Translations under genes and position numbers: made by a program
Assembly (NCBI GenBank): GCA_010356995.1
Contig: ML996701.1
Span: 674,963 to 738,962 of the forward strand
DNA length: 64,000 nt
Direction of reading: 5' to 3'
Source: Trichodelitschia bisporula
Taxonomy: Eukaryota
Part shown: in pieces, positions 11,303-23,449 of the stretch
Layout of the letters: each line of letters opens with the position of its first letter
How positions within the stretch are numbered: the first letter of the stretch is position 1
The notes under the pieces: model-generated
Database searches by the model: none
What the model was told of the DNA's origin: nothing
The model's input: the letters and a program-made list of their open reading frames with translations, nothing else

Positions 11303-13554
11303 TTACACCAGCGGGCTGTCGCTACTGCGGCTGTTGCTCCCACCAGGGCCGTTTCTGGAGATCCCCAATCGCTGATTGTGTTGCTCTTGCCCCCACGCCT
11401 GCAGCTGCTGTGGCGCTTGTTGTTGCTGTGGTTGAAGCGGCTGTGGCTGTTGCAGTCGAGGAAATTGCTGCTCTAAGAACTGTTGCAGCGGAGAAAATTG
11501 CTGCTGTGGTTGTTGCAGCGGTGGGAATTGCTGCTGTGAGAGCTGCTGCTGCGGTTGTTGCAGCGGAGGGAATTGCTGCTGTGGTTGTTGCAGAGATGGG
11601 AACTGCTGCTGTGGTTGTTGTAGCGGTGGAAATTGCTGCTGTGGCTGTTGTAGCTGTAGGAATTGCTGCCGTAGTTGTTGTACGGGTAGCTGTGGGAATT
11701 GCTGCTGTGGGAATTGCTGTTGTGGATATAGCACCGGTTGTCCAAGGGGTCGTTGCAGCTGCGGATATGGCTGATTTGGATACAGTGGCAGTGGTCGATG
11801 CACCCACGACGGCCGCGTCGGGAGCTCCATCTGCGGTTGCTGTGGTTGTTGCTCTCGTCCCCACACCTGCTGCCGCTGTGGTCGTTGCTCCTGTGATGGC
11901 TGCTCCTGTGGTTGTTGCTCTTGTGATGGCTGCTCCTGTGGTTGTTGCTCTTGTGATGGCTGCTGCTGTGGTTGCTGCTCCTGTGATGGCTGCTCCTGTG
12001 GTTGTTGTTGCCGCCGCGGCTGCTCCGGCATCTCAAACTGCGGTTTCTGCGGTTGCTGCTGTTGTTCCCATGTCTGCTGCTTTTGCGATTTCTGGTCTAG
12101 CTCCCACGTCTGCTGCCGCTGTGGTTGTTGCTCATGCTGTGCCTGCTGCTGTGGTTGTTGCGACTGTGGAGGCTGCTCCTGTGGGCACCCGTATTCCTGT
12201 TGCCACAGATGCTGCCACAGCTGCCCCACGTGTTGTTCATGCGGTTGCGGGTCTTGCTCCAAGGCCTGCTGCCGCGGTGCTTGTTGCTGATGCCACAGAC
12301 GCTGCTGCAGCAACTCGACCTGCTGTTCCTGTTGCTGCTGCTCTTCCTCCCACGCTTGCTGCTCTTGTGCTGATTGCCGCTCCTGTGGGGGTTGCTGTTC
12401 CTGTGGTGGTTGGTGCTCCTGTAGTGGCTGCTGCTCCTGTGGTGGCTGCTGCTGTCGGGGTTGCTGTTGCAGCCGTTCTCGATCTGACCCCAGCTCCTTC
12501 AGCTGCTGCTCTTGTGCCAACGTCAGCCTCCCCAGCTTCACAGATTCCAGCGGCTTCTCCAAAAACTGTTGTTGCTGTACCCGCTGAAAAGCCGTTGGAC
12601 GCGGTATCAGCTCCTGTACTTGTTGTTCCTGTAGCTGATGCTGAAAGCGCCGCTGCAGCGCCTGGAGCCTCGTCTGCAAACCACTATCGCTCAGCAGCCG
12701 CGCTACCCACCGACTTTGTTGATCTGACAAAAACGCCGCTGGCCTAGGAAAATGATCCCCGTGTGGAACTAAGTGTTGCCTCTGTGGTTGCTGCACCAGC
12801 TCCTGCACCAGATCTTGCTGCAGCTGCGGCAACGTCGCCTCCATCCACGGCCGGTCGTTCCTTTCCTCTGCCTCCCGCAGCAATATGGCCCGCTGCTCCT
12901 CATTGGCCTGAAGCAGTTGCCGTGCCCACTGCTCCCGCTTCGGCGGCAAAAGGTGTTTCCACTGCCACAGCTGCAGCCGTTGCGTCATTTTTACCCGCGT
13001 CTTCACAGCCATTCTCCACCGCTGCCTCCTGGCTTCTGGGTCCGTCATCCGGGGAGGGGTGCTCGGCATCTTCAGTTGTTAGCAGGGCTCGTGGGAGGAA
13101 CTAGGGGACGCATACAAAAACAATCATGAACATAGGCCCACGGACGATCTGTATATGTTAGCCAGCAGGCAATGCTTGGATCACGGCAACTTGCAAAGAA
13201 GTCATGATGAAGGCTCACGCTGTCGCCATTCTGTGCGATGAGGTCTTCGAGAATGACACTTCCGTCGAACTGATGAGAGTAAGTGCACCGGCGGTATTTT
13301 AAAGCCCTTGTGAGAAAGACACACCTCTATGCCGGCGAAATTCCCCGCGAGAAAACCGTCGGGAGCTTCATCTATATCCCTCGGGAAAATGATCCTCATG
13401 GCTTCTGATATCTCCGCTGGCGAGGCCATCTTTATCCACGAGTGCAGGAGGCGACAGGAGGTTTAGCGAGTTGTAAATACGGATAAGATACTTTTGAGAA
13501 CGCGCTTGAGTTGCTGTGAGGTAGAAGCTTTCTGGGTATCGAGAGCGTTCGCAT
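11303..13554 (-). CDS. Glutamine-rich repetitive protein, 5 predicted exons
   Basis: The 588-aa Q-rich ORF is extended upstream by phase-0 GT-AG introns at 13070-13115, 13149-13218, 13270-13324 and 13430-13491. The added exons read in frame: MRTLSIP...SK | MASPAE...GIE | FDGSVILEDLIAQNGDS | IVRGPMFMIVF | MPSTPP. Confidence 0.65.
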
Positions 13555-13584
13555 GACGGCTTTTGAAGTTGAGCCTTGGGACTG

Positions 13585-13698
13585 TCGCTGCTGACGAGAA
13601 CATCTCGCTACTGTCGATGAGACCATCTCGCTGCTGCCGACAAGAGCATTTCGCTGCTGCCGACGAGAATATCTCCTGCTGCCGACAAGATCATCTCA
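13585..13698. repeat. ~23-bp minisatellite (TCGCTGCTGCCGACGAGAACATC-like) x5
   Basis: Five diverged tandem units of 20-23 bp just upstream of the Q-rich gene start. Confidence 0.8.
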
Positions 13699-14448
13699 CA
13701 GGCGTCCATCGTCCATGCCAAGCAAATGGTCGACGAGAGTTGCCGTATCGGGCAATGCAGCCCGGGTACCGGCAGAAGGATTCACCGGGTCCCATCGCCA
13801 CTCCTCCTCCCATCGACATCACCAACCAACGCCCATCCATGATCTCCCGGCTCTTACGGGAAGCCAACATCTCCATCCCAACCCCCCTCTATCCTCAACC
13901 CCTCCTAAATCTCCCCCAAAAATCCCGTCTCCTTCCCCCTTTGTCCAGTCCCTCGCCGCGCCCACGTAGTTCCCCTCTTCGCCGTCCCGGATACGCGGCC
14001 TGCGCAGCAATACCGCACCCAAATCCCACAATATGAATCCCATGTTCAAAGTGCCATATACCCACGTGTTCCGTGCCCACGCCCGGGACCACCCCCGGAC
14101 GCCAATCAACCGTCCCAGCACTCCCAACGCTAACACCCGTATACATGAGACAGGCCCCGCGGCGGGCGGGCGGCGCGCGCGCCAACGCACTGCCTAATCC
14201 CATATTGCGCACGTGTGTCCGGTGGGTTGGTATGCGTCGTTTGTTGAGGGCGTGGTGCCGATCGGGGTATTGGCGAGTGTGGCGGGCAGGTTGGACCCAG
14301 CGGGTGTGGAACTAGCCTTGGGCCACGGCTGTGCGAGCGGGGGGGGGGGTAAGGTATTGGGCACGCTAACATATACCTCGCCCGGCTCGCCTGTCGCTGA
14401 CGCTGGTTTTCTCTGCTGGTTTGCGGATTTGAAGGTTGCTTGAGCAGA

Positions 14449-16023
14449 ATGGCGGCTGAGAAGTTTCATGTCGTTGACAGCCCGGTGGTGAGCTCGGCGG
14501 ATGGGCATGAGTTTGGGGCCAGTCCGCGGGTTAACAGCCATCGATCTGTGAATGAGAGGAAGTTGATTCGAAAGATCGATCTTAGTATCTTGCCGGTGTT
14601 GATGGCGGCGTACTTTTTGCAGTTCTTGGATAAGGTGGTATACAACGTAGGTTATTTCGTCTTGGTATATCGACGAGGCTGAGACGCGCAGTATGCAAAT
14701 GTTATGGGCATGCAGAAGGACATCCATATGAAGGGCAACGACTTCACCTGGGGCGCCACCGCCTTCTTCATCACCTACGCCGCCGCCGAGCTGCCACAAG
14801 GCGCCCTGATTCAACGCTTTCCCGTCACCAAAGTCCTGGGCTTCAATATCCTCTGCTGGGGCATTGTGCTATGCGGCTCATCCGCCGTGCAGACCAGCAC
14901 GCAAATGATCGCCGTGCGGTCTCTCCTCGGCGTCTTCGAATCCGTCATCACACCCGCCCTCATCATGATCACAGCCGCCTGGTACCAGCGCGACGAGGCC
15001 GCACCCCGCTACGGACTGTGGTACTCCGGCCTCGGCCTCGGGCAAATCATCGGCGGACTGATTTCGTACGGCGCCCAGGGCGCGAAGACGCATTTTCAGG
15101 GCTGGCGCATTATGTTCCTGTCCATCGGTGTCGTCAACGTCTTCGTCGCAGTGATAATCATCGCCTGGTTACCCGGCACACCCGAGGAGGCGAAGTTCCT
15201 CACCTCCGCCGAAAAAGAAGTTGTCGCGCGCCGCCTGCACGAAGACCACGCGGGCGTGGGCGCCAAAGTCCTGCGCGTGCGCTCCGTCCTCGAAACCTTC
15301 CTCGACCTGCAAACCTGGCTCCTGTGCTTGCTCACCATCCTCAACGTCATCCCCAGCGGCGTGATCACGACGTACAGCGCCATCCTAATCAAGGGCTTCG
15401 GGTACACCAGCCGGCACGCCGCGCTGCTGAACATGCCGTCGGGGATCGTGTCGATTGTGGCCCTGATGAGCAGCACGTATGCTGTGCGGCGGGGATATCA
15501 GCGCTGGTTCGCGATTATTTGCGCTATTATACCGACGCTGATTGGGGCGTGTCTTATGAGCTTTTTGGATAAGAAGCATAAGGTCGGCCTCCTCGTGGGT
15601 ATCTACCTCGTCAACGCGGCCGTCGCGCCCTACGCGCTCATCCTTTCGACCGCGGGGTCGAACTACAGAGGGTACACACGCAAAGTCCGCCCCCCCCCAA
15701 AACCTCACCCTACCCCCTTACTAACCTCCGCACAGGTCTCCGGCGGCGCCATCATCGCGGCAGCCTTCAGCATCGCCAACATCATCGGCCCGCAAACCTT
15801 TCAAGCAAAGGACGCACCAAACTACTACCCCGCCAAAATCACCCTCGTCGCCACGACCAGCGCATCCATCGTCGTAGCCCTCGCGCTGCGCTTGCTCTAC
15901 GGGTACCGCAATACGCGGGCTGAGAAGCTCGGCGAGCCGGCTATGAGCCATGTGGAGGCGAAGGCGGTGCGTGGGCGCTTGAGCGTTGATTTTGCGGACC
16001 CGGGGTATAGGTATGCGTACTAA
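14449..16023 (+). CDS. MFS transporter, allantoate permease (Dal5-like, ACS family)
   Basis: RKLIRKIDLSILP, QFLDK, WRIMF and IIGPQTF motifs; C-terminal YRYAY; many hydrophobic helices. Introns 14647-14691 and 15685-15735. Confidence 0.92.
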
Positions 16024-17249
16024 GCTGGGAGAGGGGGAAATGGGCACGGGGGAGGGAGGGGTGATGGAGGGAAGGGTAGACTGCGATTGGCGTTTGGATA
16101 GGGCTGGAAGACATGGGCGGATGGAATGGAATAGTACATGCCGATATGCACGGCGCATGGCTGCGGAAATAAACGGCCTGTTTGCTTACTGTGCTCGTGC
16201 GCGGTTAATATGTTCTCGCGCGTGGTACGCGTATGCTCGAATGGACACCCGATGGCCGTGCCCCCCGTCGAGGGTCCGGGAATCGGGTAGCTGTAGAGTG
16301 CCGAGGCGGGTGGCGGCGTGAGGGATTGATTGCGTCTAGGGGGTGAGTTGGTCGGGAGGCGAGGGGGGGAGGTTGATGGGCTTATCAAGCTGTTGGCGAG
16401 TTGGCAAGTGCAAGGCTGATGGGGGCCGGCTTTGCGGTTCGAGTTGCCGGCGATGACGTGGTTTGCTGCATGTCTCAGTGGCGTATGTGAGGTGGGGACG
16501 TGATTTTAGCCCTATGAAACCGTGCGGCTGTCAAGTGTCAACTGATGGATCGGAGTGTTTGAAACGCGTGGGGGACGCGGTGATATTAAGCTGGGATGGA
16601 CGCAAATAGAGCGTCCAGGTTGGATGTCTGCTGCCAAGGGAGCGTAATTGATGCTGGGGATAGGGGTTGGAGCAGGTTTGTTGTGCTCGGGATGTTCGGG
16701 TTGGAGTTGGAGATACGAACGAGGCAGTTGATCGGGGAATATTGGCCAGGCGTTACGGGTACCTGGTCTGAAGTCATGATATGCTATCGAACGCCTCCTA
16801 GTATCAACCGCTGAACATGCTCGCAAGAGTGGAAGGCTCTCCACCAATGATAGCAAAAAAAAGAGAAAACCCCACCAATGATCGGAAGATCGAAGACAAT
16901 CCCACCCGATGATCGCAAGAACGAAAACAGAACAGAAACCACCTCACCACCTTCACCAAGTCCTCCAACCCTGGACCCATCCCCGGCCAGCCTTGCCGGA
17001 AGGCCATGAACCATCAAACTCCCGTGAAAAATATGAATCCGTCAAATTCAAGGGTACAGTCGCTACGTCATCGGCATAACCCGTCAGTCGAGGACCCGGG
17101 GGCTTGAGCTCGGATATCCCAGTCATGCCCAAGGGGACGAAGGCCGTCGGCTCAAATGCAGCAAAGCCGACGCAAAGCCGACTCCAGTGGACGTTCCGCG
17201 GAACACACTTCCGCCATCCCCAACAGTCCCCCTAACTTCATCCCAACCC

Positions 17250-19797
17250 TCAAACATTCGGCCCCCCATTCCTGAGTATCCGCTGCCGCAACCGATCCCT
17301 AAAAGCATACATCATGCTAAACAAAATAATGACAAACGCAATCGTCCCACACAGCTTCCAAAACCACTCTTGACCATGCTCCGAGTTCTGAATCCCCTTC
17401 AAGTTCATGCCGAAATAGCCGGTAAAGAAAGAGAGGGGGAGGAACACGATGGTCACGCCCGTGAACACCAAAATGGCTTTGTTCTGGCTGTCCGCCACGA
17501 TGGCGAGCTCGTTTTGCTCGATCGAGCGCAGTTGGAAGAGCTGTGCTTGTTAGCCAAGTCCTTCCGGGGGGGGGGGGGGTATATGTAGAAGTACGCACCG
17601 ACTGCGTCGCCAGCCTCAAATCCTCAACCAAGTTCTCATAGCAACTAACATCATCCCTCAGCGTGCCGAGCACCCACTCAATCCGCCTCCGCGCACTATC
17701 ACACGCATCCGGATCCTCATCCCACTTCTCGTCCTCGAAATTCATCGTGCTCATCTCAGCCACATTGTCCCCCCCAGCGGACACAACGCTAAGCGTGCGC
17801 CGGAACGTAGCCGACTGCTCCAACTCCTCCATCCTCTGCACATTGTGCAGCAGGTGCTCCATGCTCGTGATCCTGTCCTTGAGCACCAGGACTACGGCGC
17901 TGAGCTCGTCGTTGCAGGCTAGATATTGCCGGACTAGCTTGACGGACTCGTTGCGCTTGAAGGCTTCGTATTTACGCACTTTCTGTACCCGGGGTCAGCT
18001 GCGTCATCCACGCCTAACCGGGTGCGCACTCACCAGCTTCTGGAGAATGTGCTGATATGCCGAGATCAAGCTGACGGCATTCCGACCCTGCCGAATGGTA
18101 TGCGGCGTCACCGCCATCTCGGTCAAAAGGTACACCAAGAACCACTCCACCGTCTTCGCGGGCCAAAAGCGCGTGCCGCTGTGCTCGAAGCGCTTGAAGA
18201 TATACCCGACCACACTCGCATCTTCGCTATCCTCCCGCCCCTTCTTCGAGTACCGCAGATACGTATCCAGGTCCTTATCCAGGAAGTCGACACCGCTCAT
18301 CGAGGACATGGTTAGGAGCACGCCTGGCGCGTTAGCTGGCTCGACTTATGGAGAGGGGCGTGCGTACCATCCGCGCGGTGAAACGTCCGGAACTTATTCC
18401 GCACAATATGCGCGTTCTCGTAGAAGGGATGGTCCCAAAGCGCCTGGAACTCGTTCTCAAGCCCATCCACCGCCGGGCCGTCCAACGGGCCGGGCGGATT
18501 CTGCAAAGCAACCGTCTGCGTCAGTTCATAGGGAATATCCGACTTGATCAGATCCCAGTAGCCGGCCTTGACGCCGAGATGCTCCGCGCGCCAGTCGATG
18601 TCGTTCCTGAGAGCGGAGCTCAGCCCTTCGGTCGAGAGGGTATCGAGGTCGCGCGTAAGGCTGGAAATGATGGTGCGCAGCTTGTAGATGTCGCGCATGG
18701 TGTCGTACTCGGTTCGGCTGCGGATGTTGACCGTTTCGATTTCTTGATAGGGCCAGCTGTGGGTTGTGCCCTGCTGGGTGGCTGCTGTTCGGCCCCTGTA
18801 GTTTAGAAAAATATCTTCGACGGACTGGAGGGTCAGATGGGAGGTAGGAGCGGGAGCGGGGGTCGGCATACCGAATGCAAGAGTCCGAGACCGAGTGGTG
18901 CGTGACTGACGATTAGCTTCGGCCCGGCTCGATGACGGTGAGACTTACATCCAGCGGACCGTCGCACCCGGCGGCTTCTCCTGTATGTCTACCCCCTCCG
19001 TCAGCGCCAGCCTCCATCATCCGGGCCCATGGCAACGTACATTTGTCGATCTCCTTCAAAGTGATCTCCATATACTCCGCCCTCCCATCATAAAAATCAA
19101 TAATCCGCACCCTCAAATCATGCCTCCACGGAAAATGATGCTGCAACATAGTCTTCAACTGCGGCGGGTCCGGTGGCTCAGGAATCGCCTTTCCGCGCAC
19201 CATAGTCGCAATCCTCTTCAAAACCCCCTGCCGCTGGAAGTCACTCCACTCCCTCAACCGCCGCAGCGTATGCCCATGCAACTGATCCTCCATCCTCCAT
19301 TTCTCATACGCCCTCGTCTCCGTCTCCAACACCCTCGTCTCATTCCTCTTCTTCACCCGTCCAAACTCCTGCAACACTCTGGTGGTATCCAACAACTCCT
19401 CCGCTAACTCATCCCTCCCCTTCTGCGCCGCCGTCCCAGACCACTCCTCAGCACACGCATCCAACAGCCCCCCCTTCCCCTCCTCCTTCGGACTCGGACT
19501 CGGCACCAGCGTCGCCGTCGTCGCATAACTCACACCCCTCTCCAACGTCCCCGGCCCGGGGCCCCACGGCATACTTATCCGCCTTCCAAACTTCGGCGGC
19601 ACATCGAGTGAATCGCTCGACGTAGGCGCACGCCCAAGCGGCGGGCGGCGCGGTGTTTCCGGTGGGGCAGTCTCGGGCGCAGTGTCCGTACTGTGGCGGC
19701 CGGCGTCATCGCTGGACCCTGACGCAGGGTCCACGTCCACAGCGCTGAGCGGGCTGTCATCGGGAAGGCCCGAGCCGGCGGCGGTGGTGGGGTTCAT
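17250..19797 (-). CDS. CorA-like (Mg2+ transporter-type C-terminal TM domain) protein, multi-exon
   Basis: C-terminal NKAILVFTGVTIVFLPLSFFTGYFGMN (CorA GMN motif) followed by a second TM helix. A chain of minus-strand ORFs (18913-19830, 18312-18869, 18004-18321, 17317-17979) is separated by intron-like gaps. Start codon uncertain. Confidence 0.8.
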
Positions 19798-20254
19798 CGT
19801 GGGCAAAACGGGCGATATGCAGTGTAACACTGGCCTTGCGGGTGGGGCGGGGGGAGGGAAGGCTCGCGTGTTATGTGGAACGGGGAGTGAGGCTCTAGGG
19901 CCGCATGCCTGCGGGAGGAGACACTGGGCGCGAGGCCGCCGGGGCAGTTACGGTAATGGGCATTGCACTGAGGCGTCTTTAGCTTGTCCCGCCTCGAGTG
20001 GAGGTACGGGCACTGCGGGAATACGAGAACGGGTGGAGGAGCGCGAGGCCGGAGCCGGACACCCGTCCCGTGGCTTGCAGTGCAGCGGTATTGGCAAGAC
20101 CGCTTGTCAAGGCTGATTGCGTGCGCGCGTACTAGCGAACAGCACATTGTCATGGTTCTGGCCATACACGGTGTGATGCCCCAGGCCATGATGTGGTCAG
20201 GGTGGCAGTACAGTACCGAGGTGACGTATGGGGACTAGTGCAGTCATGTGACTG

Positions 20255-20491
20255 GTAGATTACTTCTTCAACTCTTTGTCATCGTCTCGAAGCAATCTAT
20301 GGTTTTTGCATCGCTCCTCGCTGGCACCGTCACAGTAGATTCCTTCTCCAACTCTTTATCATCGTCTCGAAGCAATCTTCGGTTTTTGCACCGCTCTTCG
20401 CTGGCACCGTGACAGTAGATTCCTTCTCAAACTCTTTGTCATCGTCTCGAAGCAATCTATGGTTTTTGCACTGCTCTTTGCTGGCACCGTG
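20255..20491. repeat. Tandem repeat, 3 x 80 bp
   Basis: GTAGAT unit starts at 20255, 20335 and 20415; shared core TCATCGTCTCGAAGCAATCT...GGTTTTTGCA...GCTGGCACCGT. Confidence 0.95.
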
Positions 20492-21112
20492 ATACACATC
20501 GAGGCTGAGAATTACCCTACTCCCCAATATCCCCGCAAAGGCTAGACTGCACAATTAGTTCTAGTCCAGCATTAAATCCGTCTCTTAGCATGTCTTAACC
20601 CATCCTAATTCACGTCGAGCGTTCCCCACCACTTCCCCCACCCGCAAGGCTGCGCAACGGGGCACCCACCGGGGGCCTAATCAATGCGCCTGGGCCCGTG
20701 ATACGCTCCTGCTGACAAGCCCTCCCGGTCCCCGCATAACTCCCGGAGGCGTCTCCTTGCCGCATCCAGCGACGCGCATAGGACGGGCTGGGGCAGCCTG
20801 AAAACCCCGCAGGGCGGGAGGGTGGTCGTCTTCTCTTCTACAGCAGACGGGAAAGACAGGGAGGGCGGGGGGCGCAGCCTCAGCGGAAGAACCGGTTTCT
20901 CATCCCAACCCCAACGCCCAACGATCGTTCCACAGCTGCCTGGATCGTAGCCGCATCTTGTGTAACCGCAGGCCGAACGACATCTCATCGTCCCCGCTGG
21001 ATTCCACCTTGCTTACAACAACTACGGACCTGCTACCACCTCGCCCCTCGGCCCAGAAAACGCATAAACAGCGCTGCTGCAGCTTCCATCGTGCACCTTA
21101 CGGAATCACGCA

Positions 21113-22447
21113 ATGCCCGCTCAACCAGTCCACGGCCTACTCCTCCTCCCCCCCGCACCCCCCCCATCCTCCCCATCAACCCTCTCCGTAGCGCTCTCCC
21201 CCCCTCTATCCGACACCCTCAAACGCCTCTCCAAACTCGCCAACACAACCGGCAGCCCAAGCATACTGGACATCGCCCTCCCGACCCCCGGCTTCCACCG
21301 GCCAGCCCACGAGGTAACCCACCGAGCCCAGCTCTTCAGCAACGTACAGGCGCACCTCCGGGCCGTCTACACCCTCATCGCCGGCCTCTGCGCCGAAAAC
21401 AACTACCCGACGACCGGCCCGCGCGCCATCGACATCCGCATCATCCTACTAGCCTACAACCCGAGCCAGCCCTTCTCCGCCGCCGCTCAAGCAGCACGTA
21501 CGTCCCCGCCGGCCGGCGTCGTCGACCTCCCCGTCCTAGCCGTCACGCCGCGCCCCTGGACGCACATCTTCATCGTGCACTCGGAGCCCGGCGAAGCCCT
21601 CTTCACGCGCTTCAACGCCCACGCATCCGAGGGCATCACCGCACGCACCGGGCCATCATGGAGCGCCGTACGCGTGCGCGGCGGGATCCAGATTTGCAGC
21701 GCCGGAGACGCGGGGCCCTCAGTGCTCAGCGTGCCCGGCGGGCTGCGCGAGCGGCAGTCCTTCAGCTCCGTTGCGTGCTGGGGCGTGTTCGACCGGCTGC
21801 ACTTCGGGCACAAGTTGATGCTTACCATGGCTGCGTTCCTGCTGCCGCCTGGCGTGCCGCAGGCAGCACAGTCGACATCACTGCTTGAGGCGCTGGCGAC
21901 GGGACATGCGCCTCGCTCGCGCGTGAGACTCGTCGTTGGATTGACGGAGGGGCCGATGCTGAGCGAGCATGCGGCGCATGCGGCGGTGCAGCCGGTGCGG
22001 GAGCGGGCGCGCGCGATTGAGGACTTCCTGGGGGGCGTTCTACGGTTTGGCACGGAGGCTGCGACTAAGCCACCATATTCTCCTGACGGCATGGAGATTG
22101 TACCCGGAGTGACGGTACAGTGCCGTCGGACCGAGAACCCGTATGGGCCGGGCACGTTGGATGCCGGGCTTGAGGCGCTGGTGCTGGCGACTGAGTCGGT
22201 TCAGGAGGCGAAAGCGGTAAATGAGGGCCGCTGGGAGAGGCATTGGGAGAAACTGGAGGTATTTGAGATTGGCATGGTGGTTGCGGGTGAAAGCGACGAG
22301 CAGGCAGGTAAGAAGGTGGGCAGCGCGTCCCTCCGGAGAGATGTCCTTCGGAGCGACCCCGGCCTTAACCTCCCCATCGTCAAGGTGGGCAATCCGGCGG
22401 CGCATATTGTCGTTGCTGAGACAGAAGTTGATCCCATTGATCTCTGA
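21113..22447 (+). CDS. Cytidylyltransferase-family protein, phosphopantetheine adenylyltransferase (Cab4-like)
   Basis: HxGH motif in GVFDRLHFGHKLMLT; LVVGLT, NPYGP, LEALVLATE, AVNEGR and KKVGSASLR motifs. Confidence 0.75.
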   Translation: MPAQPVHGLLLLPPAPPPSSPSTLSVALSPPLSDTLKRLSKLANTTGSPSILDIALPTPGFHRPAHEVTHRAQLFSNVQAHLRAVYTLIAGLCAENNYPTTGPRAIDIRIILLAYNPSQPFSAAAQAARTSPPAGVVDLPVLAVTPRPWTHIFIVHSEPGEALFTRFNAHASEGITARTGPSWSAVRVRGGIQICSAGDAGPSVLSVPGGLRERQSFSSVACWGVFDRLHFGHKLMLTMAAFLLPPGVPQAAQSTSLLEALATGHAPRSRVRLVVGLTEGPMLSEHAAHAAVQPVRERARAIEDFLGGVLRFGTEAATKPPYSPDGMEIVPGVTVQCRRTENPYGPGTLDAGLEALVLATESVQEAKAVNEGRWERHWEKLEVFEIGMVVAGESDEQAGKKVGSASLRRDVLRSDPGLNLPIVKVGNPAAHIVVAETEVDPIDL

Positions 22448-23449
22448 TCTCTGGTTTCTGGCTTTGTCCTGGTTGGAGTTGCGGGCGTTTTCCAGTATCG
22501 ATCCAGATTGATGCCCAAATCGAAAGTCTGCCTTTTGATTGACTTCAGCCACTCTCCAATCCGACCAACCTGCCAGAATACCGTATGGGCACCGCCCGGT
22601 TCTCAACGGAAAAATGCATCTCATTAGTGGTCGCTTGACCACATCAAAGCTGCATCCCACGCTCAACTGGACATCGCCATCCAGACCAAATGTGGCAGTG
22701 ATCCTTTCAGACTGGTCAAGAAAGCCTCCCCCACGCATAGCAGGCGATTCCATGGAGGGGAACCTGAGACCCGTATCATGCTCATCTGCGCCGATTACGG
22801 AGATACCTCCATGACCCATCACCCCGCATGATTACCGGCGTGCGCCATTGGCTATGCCCTGCATACTTGGCACCTGCAGTTCGGGGCGCTGAGCCGCTTC
22901 GGGGAACGTCTCGTCTTGGTATGCGAACGTGCCGCCCAATGTGTTGGAGACAGCGGCTCGTGCGCCATTTCGGAGAACGGATGAGGCTACGCTCAGTTTT
23001 GAAAATTGAGAAGGATGGAGGGGTTCCGGGGCGAGAACATTATCGCTACCGGGATCGTACCATAGAGGCGAGTTCCCGGCGTCAAGGCAAGCAATCATGA
23101 CCTGCAAGAGGTGCCGGTCGTTAATGTCCAGACTCAGGCCGCCGGCATTGGCTCCGGGATGGGCACAGATGGACAAAGAAGCCTTGCGGGAGATGGGCTC
23201 TCGTCTAAGCCTCAAGTGCAGGGTGCGGGGCGCAGTTATCCGGATTCCAAGTCGATCTGCCCTGAGGTTGGAGCATAGAAGAACCCTTTTTCGGTCGCAA
23301 AGATCTCGTGTTGCTCATTTATCTTGCTGTAGAAAGCATACGTAAAGACAGCGGATTTTCCATATTCGGCATTCGAGCACTTTGAGGCGTTTGTGCGTTT
23401 CAGAATCTCGTATTATCTTCTTTCAGACGATATTGCGCCAACCAGGAAT

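Noticed and set aside
11233..12747. 504-aa Ala/Val-rich plus-strand ORF, and Thr/Ala- or Ser/His-rich ORFs in other frames
   Set aside because: These are shadows of the CAG/CAA-rich repeat gene, whose repeats lack stops in other frames. Splice signals support only the minus-strand Q-rich frame.
22500..23400. Possible minus-strand gene between the Cab4-like gene and trehalase
   Set aside because: I could not build a stop-free spliced model or recognise any motif.
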